Source: an uncultured Gammaproteobacteria bacterium
GTDB taxonomy: Bacteria; Patescibacteriota; Microgenomatia; Levybacterales; UBA12049
NCBI GenBank assembly: GCA_964610465.1
Contig: CAZSWA010000005.1
Location: 8,456 to 72,455, forward strand
Reading direction: 5' to 3'
DNA: 64,000 bases
Positions within the stretch are counted from its first letter, which is position 1. Each line of letters starts with the position of its first letter. Position numbers and translations under genes: made by a program. The notes below the pieces were generated by a model, which was given only the letters and a program-made list of their open reading frames with translations, was not told the DNA's origin and searched no databases. Positions 1-8,769 of the stretch are shown here, piece by piece.

Positions 1-10
1 AAGTTTGGCT

Positions 11-703
11 ATGAATCAATCAGAGAAAGAAGCATATATGCAGTTGCATGACTCTCTTATGCAAGCTGGCCAACAAGGAGACCAAATTGCTTCGTCAATT
101 CTTTCTGTCACCGATAAAACTTCGATTACTGATATTACAAAGATAGAAGAGCAATTAAGAGAAGCAAAAGAAAAAGGTAATTCCAATGTGCAGGCAGTAC
201 TTGCTCAAACTGAAAGAAAAAAACCACTTAATCTTCCTAATTCCAACAGAATTCAAACAGTAAGCCTTGAGGATTATGAAGCAGTACGTAAAATGTGGGA
301 AGAAAATTATAAAACAGTTCCAGTTCCAGAAGGATGGAGTAATGATAAGAATGGAAGAAAAAGTTGGCTTAAGAAAGAAATTGAGAATATTATGGAAATA
401 ATTAACTTACTTATGTCCAGCGACCCGGAACAACAGGAAGAAGGTTTACGACGTGTACAACGTGTTTTGCCTTTCCTTATGCTTGGAGGTTTTTCAATTG
501 ATGAAATTGTTTCTTACCTGAAGTCAAAAATGGAAGCAGCTAAAGCAGTACTTACCATGCTTGAAGGAGAAGATAGCTCTGATGAAATGGTAGATGAGAA
601 AAATCATTCAGAAGTACCAAATACTATGACAATGTCCCAGGAAGTACCGGATACTACGTTACCTGAAAATACTATTTTGAACAAAAATGAGAATGAAAAA
701 TAA
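11..703 (+). CDS. Hypothetical protein with an N-terminal ~60-aa repeat domain (LHDxLMQ..QQG..IA..IL..T..T.D.D....QLEEAKE.G) shared with the C-terminus of the downstream Clp ATPase. The frame is open to the window edge, so the gene may be 5'-truncated; the ORF track starts at a TTG at 5 and the first ATG is at 11.
   Basis: Long ORF. Internal similarity to two repeats in ORF 753..4130 can be read directly from the translations. No recognisable catalytic motif. Confidence 0.5.
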   Translation: MNQSEKEAYMQLHDSLMQAGQQGDQIASSILSVTDKTSITDITKIEEQLREAKEKGNSNVQAVLAQTERKKPLNLPNSNRIQTVSLEDYEAVRKMWEENYKTVPVPEGWSNDKNGRKSWLKKEIENIMEIINLLMSSDPEQQEEGLRRVQRVLPFLMLGGFSIDEIVSYLKSKMEAAKAVLTMLEGEDSSDEMVDEKNHSEVPNTMTMSQEVPDTTLPENTILNKNENEK

Positions 704-752
704 ATAGATATTGATGTTTCCTGTTTTTTAGTATTTAATAAATAATGAGTCT

Positions 753-3700
753 ATGTTAGGTAGCCTATTTAATCAAAAGAAAAATCCTTCACAACCGCAA
801 GGGGACACGCAACAAATGTCTCCTAATGGGCAACCATATGGACAAAATTCTCAACAATTTGAGAACAATCAATATGCAAATCAGCAATATCAAAATCAAC
901 AGTACCCAAATCAACCGTATCCAAACCAAAACCCACAATATATGCCACAACAAATGCAACCAATGCCAATGCAACAGCAGTCTATGCCAGGGAATAATCC
1001 TCAGACAAATGTAATTAGCTCAAGAATGAACCCTGTGATGCGGCAGAATTTATCTGCATTATCTCATCTTGATACACGTACTACTCAGGCACTTACTCAT
1101 GCACAGGAGGAGACAAGAAGAATTCGTCAGCAATTTATTGAACCTGAACAGCTTTTGTATGGATTATTGTATGATCAGCAAGTATTCAAACTTCTTGAAG
1201 ATTTTAATGTCGATGTGGCCAAACTTTCAAAAGAACTCCAAACCAAAGAGAGAATTGGAACCTTTATGGGGCAGCCGACTCTTAGCAAGACATCACAAGA
1301 AGTATTTGAACAAGCATACAGAGATACTAAAATGAGAGGACAAAGTTTTGTTGTTCCTGAGGATGTATTAGTAACTCTTTTTAACATTAATTTGACTACG
1401 GCAAGTTATCTTCAAGCACAAGGAGTGAAAAAAGAGCAAGTAGTTGAAAAACTTTCCAAAACAATATCTGCGACATACGGCAAAAAAAGCGCACTTGATA
1501 AATATGGTACTGATCTTACAGAACAGGCACGTCAAGGGAAACTTGATCCAGTTGCAGGACGGGATAAAGAACTTGATAGATTGATTCATATTTTACTTCG
1601 TAGAACTAAAAATAATCCTATTATTATAGGGGAGCCGGGAGTTGGGAAAACTGCAATAGTTGAAGGACTTGCAGAAAAGATAGTTTCAGGAAGTGTCCCA
1701 AAGGAGCTTCAGGATAAAAGAATTTTTCAGCTGGATATTTCTGCATTAGTTGCAGGAGCAAGCCATAGAGGTGAGTTTGAAGAGAGACTGAAAGAAGTAA
1801 TTACTGATACACTGGCATCAGCAGGGCACACGATTCTTTTTATTGATGAGATACATACAATTATTGGTACAGGTGACAATGAAGGCTCACTTGACGCATC
1901 AAATATTATAAAACCATATTTAGCCCGGGGACAATTGCAAATTATTGGTGCTACTACAACAACAGAATTTAGAAAGAAATTTGAGAAGGATAAAGCATTT
2001 GAGAGACGTTTCCAGTCAGTACAAGCTGATGAACCGAGTGAAGAGAGCGCAATTGAGATGCTGAAAATTTTAAAACCAAAATATGAAATATTTCATAAAG
2101 TAACTTTTCCAGATGATACCTTAGAGGCAGCAGTAAAACTTTCCAAAAAATATGTCGGAGAGAGATTTTTGCCAGATAAAGCAGTAGATCTTCTTGATGA
2201 AGCAGCATCAGAAGTAAAGCTACAAATCGCAGCTGGAAAACGGCAGGATAACGTAGTGAAAAAAACAGATATCGAAACAGTAGTTAGTACCTGGACTGGA
2301 ATTCCAATTACCAAGTTGACAGAGGATGAAAGTGAAAAGCTCTTACGTCTTGAAGAGCGTATTCACAAACGTCTTGTCGATCAGGAAGAAGCATGCGTTG
2401 CAGTGGCAGAAGCAGTAAGAAGAGGACGTATTGGGCTTGCCAGTGCCAATAGGCCAATTGCTTCTTTTGTGTTCTTAGGTCCGACAGGTGTGGGGAAAAC
2501 AGAACTTGCCAAGACGCTTGCTGAAATACTTTTTGGGAGAGATGATGCAATGGTGAGACTTGATATGAGTGAGTACATGGAGAAACATGAAGTGGCAAAA
2601 CTTATTGGAGCGCCTCCTGGATATGTGGGGTATGAAGAAGGAGGACAATTAACAGAGGCTGTACGGAAAAAACCCTATTCTATTGTACTACTTGATGAAA
2701 TAGAAAAAGCCCACCCTGATGTATTTAATCTTTTGTTGCAGTTATTAGAGGATGGGAGACTGACTGATAATAAAGGGAATACTATCTCGTTTAAAAATAC
2801 TATTGTAATTTGTACTTCTAATATCGGAAGTGCACTTATCCAACAAAGATTAAGCCTTGAAGATCCAAAAATCAAGAAAACTCCTGAGGAATATAATAAA
2901 ACTTTTAAAGAGCTTAACGATGTAGTCAAAGAAGAACTTATCAAATTTTTCAGACCAGAGCTTCTTAATCGTTTTGATGAGGTAGTTATTTTTAAACCTC
3001 TACGGCTTGAACATATGTATGGTATTGCCAAGTTTAGTATCAAAAAAACTGCAGGACTTCTTAAAGAACAAGGGTTTGATTTACAAATTACCGATAAAGC
3101 AATTGAAAAGTTGGCAAAAGATGGCTATGACCCTGTATATGGAGCACGTCCTTTACGTCGTCTTGTGCAAACTGCAGTAGAAAATCCTATCGCCCTTGAA
3201 ATTATTTCCAAGAAATTCGCAGTGGGTGATACTATTGTTATAGATTACGACGAGAATACCAACCAATTTATATTTTCAAAGCCCAACGAAGGGAAAGTAG
3301 CAGCAACAGAAAAATATGATGCACTCGTATATCGCACTGCATTCCGGAGAATAGCAAGTCCTATGGATGTGCAAAATCCAGCTGAGCACAAAATGCTCAC
3401 TGAGCTTCATGATAAACTTATGGCACAAAGTCAACAAAATAATCAAATTGCAGCAGCTATCCTTGCAATTACAGAGATGACCTCAGATGGTGATGTATTG
3501 CGGATGAAACAACAGCTTGAGCAAACAAAAGAACAAGGTGACCCGTTGGCAACAGAAATTCTTCAAACAGTTGAGCAAACAATCATCATGGAAGAATTGT
3601 GGAATCTCAAAGTAGTACTTATGCAGATGATAAATCCTTTGACTGTCTCGAAAGAAAATAAAGAAACGTACACAAAACTACATGATACCGTATTACAGTT

Positions 3701-4130
3701 GAGCCAACAAGGGAATCCACTTGCAGGCGTATTACTTGCTATCAATGAAACAACTCCAGATGCAGATTTACAAAATATAAAACAGCAATTAGAGGAAGCA
3801 AAAGATCAAGGAGATACTACTGCTATTACAATTTTAACTTTAGCAAATCCTTTCCATGATCCAAACGTCAAAGTATCACAACAAGAACAAGCTTCACAAA
3901 ATAATCAAAATCCCCAACCAGTACCACAACAAATGCAACCAATGCCTTCTGACCAAACATATCCTTTTGGTTTGGGTCAGCAAGATGCAAATGCTCCTGA
4001 AACGCCATCTCAAGGTGATATAAGACAACAAATGCCTTTTGATGAAAATAATCAGACAAACCAGCCAATACAAAATGGTATGGCAAATATTTCCTCTTCA
4101 AATGGTATGATGCAATCGGGAAATAATTAG
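753..4130 (+). CDS. Clp/Hsp100-family AAA+ unfoldase with two NBDs. NBD2 is ClpB-like ([11 protein letters not shown]). The M-domain is deleted and there is no ClpP-binding [ILV]G[FL] loop. It has an N-terminal Q/N/Y/P-rich prion-like region, a Clp_N-like region, and a C-terminal extension with two ~60-aa repeats and a Q/N-rich tail. Most pipelines would annotate it as ClpC/ClpB.
   Basis: NBD1 Walker A GEPGVGKT and Walker [13 protein letters not shown]2 Walker A GPTGVGKT, Walker [11 protein letters not shown] and sensor-2 GARPLRR. Only ~14 aa lie between [11 protein letters not shown] and TWTGIP, where ClpB carries the ~120-aa M-domain. N-terminus: [33 protein letters not shown]. Confidence 0.85.
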   Translation: MLGSLFNQKKNPSQPQGDTQQMSPNGQPYGQNSQQFENNQYANQQYQNQQYPNQPYPNQNPQYMPQQMQPMPMQQQSMPGNNPQTNVISSRMNPVMRQNLSALSHLDTRTTQALTHAQEETRRIRQQFIEPEQLLYGLLYDQQVFKLLEDFNVDVAKLSKELQTKERIGTFMGQPTLSKTSQEVFEQAYRDTKMRGQSFVVPEDVLVTLFNINLTTASYLQAQGVKKEQVVEKLSKTISATYGKKSALDKYGTDLTEQARQGKLDPVAGRDKELDRLIHILLRRTKNNPIIIGEPGVGKTAIVEGLAEKIVSGSVPKELQDKRIFQLDISALVAGASHRGEFEERLKEVITDTLASAGHTILFIDEIHTIIGTGDNEGSLDASNIIKPYLARGQLQIIGATTTTEFRKKFEKDKAFERRFQSVQADEPSEESAIEMLKILKPKYEIFHKVTFPDDTLEAAVKLSKKYVGERFLPDKAVDLLDEAASEVKLQIAAGKRQDNVVKKTDIETVVSTWTGIPITKLTEDESEKLLRLEERIHKRLVDQEEACVAVAEAVRRGRIGLASANRPIASFVFLGPTGVGKTELAKTLAEILFGRDDAMVRLDMSEYMEKHEVAKLIGAPPGYVGYEEGGQLTEAVRKKPYSIVLLDEIEKAHPDVFNLLLQLLEDGRLTDNKGNTISFKNTIVICTSNIGSALIQQRLSLEDPKIKKTPEEYNKTFKELNDVVKEELIKFFRPELLNRFDEVVIFKPLRLEHMYGIAKFSIKKTAGLLKEQGFDLQITDKAIEKLAKDGYDPVYGARPLRRLVQTAVENPIALEIISKKFAVGDTIVIDYDENTNQFIFSKPNEGKVAATEKYDALVYRTAFRRIASPMDVQNPAEHKMLTELHDKLMAQSQQNNQIAAAILAITEMTSDGDVLRMKQQLEQTKEQGDPLATEILQTVEQTIIMEELWNLKVVLMQMINPLTVSKENKETYTKLHDTVLQLSQQGNPLAGVLLAINETTPDADLQNIKQQLEEAKDQGDTTAITILTLANPFHDPNVKVSQQEQASQNNQNPQPVPQQMQPMPSDQTYPFGLGQQDANAPETPSQGDIRQQMPFDENNQTNQPIQNGMANISSSNGMMQSGNN

Positions 4131-4152
4131 TACTGATTGTATATGATGGTAA

Positions 4153-4181
4153 TTGACACATATTCTTTTTTCTACTAATGT
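4153..4181 (+). promoter_or_regulatory. Sigma70-like promoter candidate TTGACA-N17-TAATGT immediately upstream of the subtilisin gene. The ATG lies ~10 nt after the -10 box, so the mRNA would be near-leaderless.
   Basis: TTGACA at 4153-4158, 17-nt spacer, TAATGT at 4176-4181. Read directly from the sequence. Confidence 0.4.
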
Positions 4182-4190
4182 AGAAAGAGA

Positions 4191-5924
4191 ATGGAAGAGG
4201 TGAAAGAGAAAACAACTCCAGCGGAAAAATTCTTTTGGCTGTATTTTAAAAATAATAGAAAAGAAATTTCTCTAGGTGTTTTACTTCTATTTATATTGCT
4301 GTTTTTCATTCTTATCTTTTTTAGTAGAATACATAAGAAATCAACAAGTATTCCTGCACAACCAATACCAACACCTGCACAGACTTCAGAGAAAGTGCCA
4401 GGACAAATTTTGGTTAAATTCAAACGTGCAGTACCCGAGGCAGTTATAGCAGAACACTTACAAGTATATAACGCATCTGTTTCAGGAACGATTAAGGATA
4501 TTGGAGTAAGTATAGTACAGGTACCAAAAGGGCAAGAAGATGCTATACTTACTGCGCTTTCACATGATGCAATTGTTCAATATGTGGAAGCGGATTATTA
4601 TTCCCATGCATTCGCATTTCCAAATGATCCCTATTTCTCAAATCAGTGGGGACTTCATAATACTGCACAAGCCATACAAGGAAAAACAGGAGCATCAAAT
4701 GATGACATTCATGCAGTTGATGCATGGAATGTGACACAAGGTGATGGAATAAAAGTTGCGATTCTTGATACAGGTATTAATCAAAATCATCCTGACTTAG
4801 CATCAAAAATTGTACTACAAAAAATATTTTATACGAATTCTCTTGAAGATAACTTTGGACATGGAACGCATGTTGCCGGTATTATCTCAGCAGTAACCAA
4901 TAATTCTCAAGGAGTTGCAGGTGTTTGTCCAAATTGCCAGCTTATGATTGGGAGAGTATTGGATGATAATGGTAGCGGGCCAACTTCAAATATCGCCACA
5001 GGAGTAACATGGGCTGCAGACAATGGCGCCAAAGTCATCAATATTAGTGCTGGAGATACTGTTTTTGTACAAGCACTTGCAGATGCAATAACATATGCGT
5101 GGAATAAAGGCGTAGTAATTACCGCTGCAGCAGGTAATTCGAACACAACACAAAAATTTTATCCTGCTGCCTATCCTAATGTGATAGCAGTTGCCGCAAC
5201 CGATAATAATGATACAAAAGCGTCTTTTTCAAACTATGGAAGTTGGGTATTAGTAGCTGCTCCTGGAAGTAATATCTTTTCAACTCTTCCTGATCATACA
5301 TATAATATGCAAAAAATGAGCACTCTCAATTTAAATTATGATTATCTTTCTGGTACTTCAATGGCAAGTCCATTTGTTGCAGGTGCTGCTGCATTAGTTT
5401 GGGCATCGCCGTATGGCACATCAAATACAGCAGTCGTACAAAGACTTGAGAATACCGCAGATAAGATAACAGGAACTGGTACCTACTGGAAATATGGACG
5501 AATAAATGTGGCAAATGCAGTAGGTTTTAGTGTAACTACACCAACTGTACAGCCTTTAACTCCACCAACGTCTACTCCTACTCAACAACCAAAACAAACA
5601 ATTGCACCAACTATTCCTCATGTAACACCAACTCCTACCTTGCCTTTTGCAACTCCTACTTTTTATTGCGCTGGGGGAGTAAATTGCCTACCATCAACTA
5701 TTCCATCTCCTACTGTTCCAGTTATCCAAAATACTCCTCGCCCAACTCAAGTTTTTCAAAACGGAACTCCTACTTCAGTGATTACATTTGGAGTACCTAC
5801 TAATGTTCCAGGTATTTTAGGAGGAAGAAATCATGGTGGAAACAATAATAACTTCCAGCGACTTCGAAACTTTCTTATGCAGCTTGTTAAGCTACTCTTA
5901 AAAATGCTTTTTCCATTCTTCTAA
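4191..5924 (+). CDS. Subtilisin-like serine protease (peptidase S8) with an N-terminal TM anchor, an I9-like propeptide and a C-terminal P/T-rich region.
   Basis: Catalytic triad motifs: D (ILDTGI), H (HGTHVAGII), S (GTSMASPFVAGAAALV). Hydrophobic helix LGVLLLFILLFFILIFF near the N-terminus. P/T-rich linker TPPTSTPTQQPKQTIAPTIP. Confidence 0.85.
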   Translation: MEEVKEKTTPAEKFFWLYFKNNRKEISLGVLLLFILLFFILIFFSRIHKKSTSIPAQPIPTPAQTSEKVPGQILVKFKRAVPEAVIAEHLQVYNASVSGTIKDIGVSIVQVPKGQEDAILTALSHDAIVQYVEADYYSHAFAFPNDPYFSNQWGLHNTAQAIQGKTGASNDDIHAVDAWNVTQGDGIKVAILDTGINQNHPDLASKIVLQKIFYTNSLEDNFGHGTHVAGIISAVTNNSQGVAGVCPNCQLMIGRVLDDNGSGPTSNIATGVTWAADNGAKVINISAGDTVFVQALADAITYAWNKGVVITAAAGNSNTTQKFYPAAYPNVIAVAATDNNDTKASFSNYGSWVLVAAPGSNIFSTLPDHTYNMQKMSTLNLNYDYLSGTSMASPFVAGAAALVWASPYGTSNTAVVQRLENTADKITGTGTYWKYGRINVANAVGFSVTTPTVQPLTPPTSTPTQQPKQTIAPTIPHVTPTPTLPFATPTFYCAGGVNCLPSTIPSPTVPVIQNTPRPTQVFQNGTPTSVITFGVPTNVPGILGGRNHGGNNNNFQRLRNFLMQLVKLLLKMLFPFF

Positions 5925-5987
5925 GAACAACCTTATTTGTAATTTATATTTAAACTTTCTATACTAAAACTATACTCAAAAAAAATT

Positions 5988-6326
5988 ATGAGAGAATATA
6001 TGTTACTTCCTGGAGCATTTTTAAAATTTTGGTTTATTGAAGCGCCTTTGATAATGATAAAGTTTTTCGTATCTCTTAATCAAGCATTTTTCCAATTATT
6101 TTCCTTGTCATTATTTTTAAAAACTTTTTTTAAACCTCTTAAGAATGAATATCGGCCTGGTTTAGTACGGTTTTCAATTATCATGGGCATTGTAGTAAAA
6201 ACTGTATTTATTCTAGTTGACTTACTTTTATTTTCTTTATTACTTAGTGTTGAGCTAATAAGCCTCATTGTGTTTCTCATTTTCCCATTCGTATCTTTGA
6301 TTTTATTGATAATGCCAAACATATGA
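5988..6326 (+). CDS. Small, very hydrophobic predicted membrane protein. It could be an independent gene or the frameshifted N-terminal part of the downstream Clp paralogue.
   Basis: ORF of 112 aa made almost entirely of hydrophobic stretches (LIVFLIFPFVSLILLIM). It ends 4 nt into the next ORF, in a different frame. Confidence 0.3.
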   Translation: MREYMLLPGAFLKFWFIEAPLIMIKFFVSLNQAFFQLFSLSLFLKTFFKPLKNEYRPGLVRFSIIMGIVVKTVFILVDLLLFSLLLSVELISLIVFLIFPFVSLILLIMPNI

Positions 6327-8719
6327 TCACGTATGCCAGACTCTATCATTTCTACCGCACTGCAACACTCCGCAGTATAAGGCTATTAGTATTCTTTCTT
6401 TTACTTTTTGTAATAGTCAATGTAATATCAAGAGGTTTATTTCCTCGGTTTCCTCTTTTTTTGTTAAACCTTTTTATTATGAGTGAAATTTTTTTTCGTT
6501 TTAAAATCGCGCGAACTACACCATATATAAAAGTAACTGCGAATAAAGGAGAAAATCCGCTCATTTCTTTTAGTATGAATGCTCTTTATACGTACTTAGT
6601 GAATCAAAAGTCGTCATCCATTATTGCAAAGCTTATGAGTAATTCTCAAGTTCGTGCAATATTTGAGAAAGCAAATATTCAGGAGAAAGAGTTGTCTCTT
6701 CTTGACTATGAAAAAAATCTACTGGCAAAGACGGCATTTGATGTGGCAAGAAATAGAAATGGCCAATTTGTAACTACAATGGATTTGATAACTGCGTATC
6801 TTCTTGATACAGAAGGACAAACAAAACTACTCTTTAATAAGAAACTCAAGTCAGAAGAATTATATGCTATTTTGCATTGGGCAAGCAAGAATTTTCCTGA
6901 TGAAGAAATGCCCAAGCAGATAGCAATCCATTTATATGGTTCAGGAATTGGTGAATTTCTCACCACCGGATGGACTCCTGAAACAGAGAAATATACTCGT
7001 GAAGCAATATCAGGAGAAAAACCTCTTCTTATTGGCCGTGAAGGAGAATTTAAATCTCTTACTGATACATTATTGAAACCTGAAAACAACAATGTGTTAT
7101 TAGTAGGTGAACAAGGAGTTGGAAAAGAGACACTTGTACAAGCGCTTGCATATTATAGCATTGATAATGCTCTCTCTGCAAAATTAAATGATAAAAAAAT
7201 ACTCGAATTTCTCGTTGGACCATTTATTGCAGGCGCAAAGGAGAGAGGCGAATTGGAAGAACGATTACAGGCAATACTTGCTGAGCTTTCTCATTCAGGA
7301 CAGGTCATTATCTATATTCCTGAATTTCAAAATATTATTGGTGCATCGTCTTACAATCTTGATATTTCAGGAGCACTGCTTCCTTATCTTCATGATGGCA
7401 ATGTGCTTATTATTGCTACTATGACAAACGGGAATTACAAGAATTACATGGAGAAAAATCCCTTAAAGGAAGTATTTGGCATAATTGAATTGAGAGAACC
7501 TGATACACATACTGCATTACAAATGGTGTTTGAAAAAGCATCTGAGATAGAAAAGAAAACAGGTGTTATCCTGAGTTATCGCGCACTCGTTGCTGCAGTT
7601 GAATTTGCCAACCGCTACTTTCAGGATACTGTACTTCCAGGCAGTGCAATCTCACTTCTTGAAGATGTAGCAGCTAGTACTGCAGTATCAGGCAGCAGTC
7701 AGTATGGGAGTTCTCATCGAAAAATCGTTTTGGAGGAAGATGTCACTCGTAAAATAGAAGAGAAAATGCATGTCGCTATTTCAGCTCCTACTGGACAGGA
7801 AAAAGACTTACTCCTTCATCTAGAAGACAAATTACATGAACGGGTTATTGATCAAGTGGATGCAATTACTGCAATAGCAGAAGCAATGCGAAGAGTACGT
7901 TCCGGTATGATAACCTCAACACGGCCCATTTCATTTCTTTTCTTAGGTCCAACAGGTGTTGGGAAAACTGAAACTGCAAAGGCTTTGGCTGATTTATATT
8001 ATGGAGGAGAAAAAAATATGCTACGGCTTGATATGAGTGAATATGGAGACGAAGAGGGAGTAAAAAGACTTTTGGGTGCTGCACCTGGTGAAGGACGAGA
8101 ACGGGGAGAATTAACCGACAAAATTGCTGATAATCCTTCTTCTTTGGTGCTTCTTGATGAATTTGAAAAAGCACACCCTAAGATACTTGATCTTTTTTTA
8201 CAAGTTCTAGAAGATGGAAGACTTACTGATAATAAAGGACGAACAGTATCATTTATCAATACTATTATTATTGCAACATCCAATGCTGGAGCAGAATTCA
8301 TAAGAGAAGAAATCGAGAAGGGAACGCCAATTGATAAAAATTTCCAGCATAGGCTTTTTGAATATATACAATCCAAACTTATCTTCAAACCTGAACTTCT
8401 CAATAGATTTGATGATGTAGTTACTTTCAAGCCCTTGGGTGAAACAGAAGTCACACAAATAGTAAAACTTATGCTCAATAGCATCAGTAAAGCATTATAT
8501 GAACAGGATATTGATGTCGTATTTACTGACAAAGTTATTGCCAAAATTGCCAAAGAAGGATCTGATAAGGAATTTGGCGCTCGACCTCTTAGGCGTTATA
8601 TTCAGGATACAATCGAAGACGTATTGGCAAAGAAGAAACTTGCAGAAGAAATAAAGAGAGGAAACAGAGTATCTCTGACAACTGATGAAAATAATAACTT
8701 ACAGGTAGTTATTAGCTAA
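6323..8719 (+). CDS. Second Clp/Hsp100-family ATPase paralogue with a hydrophobic, possibly membrane-anchoring N-terminus and a Clp_N-like region. NBD1 is degenerate: Walker A is GEQGVGKET and the Walker B DE is replaced (IIYIPEF). NBD2 is intact. There is no M-domain and no ClpP loop.
   Basis: NBD2 Walker [17 protein letters not shown], Walker B LVLLDEFEKAHP, GARPLRR. The NBD1 motifs can be aligned by eye against ORF 753..4130 ([11 protein letters not shown] vs GEQGVGKETLV; ILFIDEIHT vs IIYIPEFQN). Confidence 0.8.
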   Translation: MITYARLYHFYRTATLRSIRLLVFFLLLFVIVNVISRGLFPRFPLFLLNLFIMSEIFFRFKIARTTPYIKVTANKGENPLISFSMNALYTYLVNQKSSSIIAKLMSNSQVRAIFEKANIQEKELSLLDYEKNLLAKTAFDVARNRNGQFVTTMDLITAYLLDTEGQTKLLFNKKLKSEELYAILHWASKNFPDEEMPKQIAIHLYGSGIGEFLTTGWTPETEKYTREAISGEKPLLIGREGEFKSLTDTLLKPENNNVLLVGEQGVGKETLVQALAYYSIDNALSAKLNDKKILEFLVGPFIAGAKERGELEERLQAILAELSHSGQVIIYIPEFQNIIGASSYNLDISGALLPYLHDGNVLIIATMTNGNYKNYMEKNPLKEVFGIIELREPDTHTALQMVFEKASEIEKKTGVILSYRALVAAVEFANRYFQDTVLPGSAISLLEDVAASTAVSGSSQYGSSHRKIVLEEDVTRKIEEKMHVAISAPTGQEKDLLLHLEDKLHERVIDQVDAITAIAEAMRRVRSGMITSTRPISFLFLGPTGVGKTETAKALADLYYGGEKNMLRLDMSEYGDEEGVKRLLGAAPGEGRERGELTDKIADNPSSLVLLDEFEKAHPKILDLFLQVLEDGRLTDNKGRTVSFINTIIIATSNAGAEFIREEIEKGTPIDKNFQHRLFEYIQSKLIFKPELLNRFDDVVTFKPLGETEVTQIVKLMLNSISKALYEQDIDVVFTDKVIAKIAKEGSDKEFGARPLRRYIQDTIEDVLAKKKLAEEIKRGNRVSLTTDENNNLQVVIS

Positions 8720-8769
8720 CGAAGAAATATTCCATCTACGAGCTATCTATGTTAGTCTATAAATAGGAT

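Noticed and set aside
789-1014. Track ORFs 789..974(-) and 826..1014(+) inside the Clp gene N-terminus
   Set aside because: They lie entirely within the Q/N-rich low-complexity coding region of the 1125-aa Clp ORF. They are shadow frames produced by the repetitive CAA/CAG/AAT codons.
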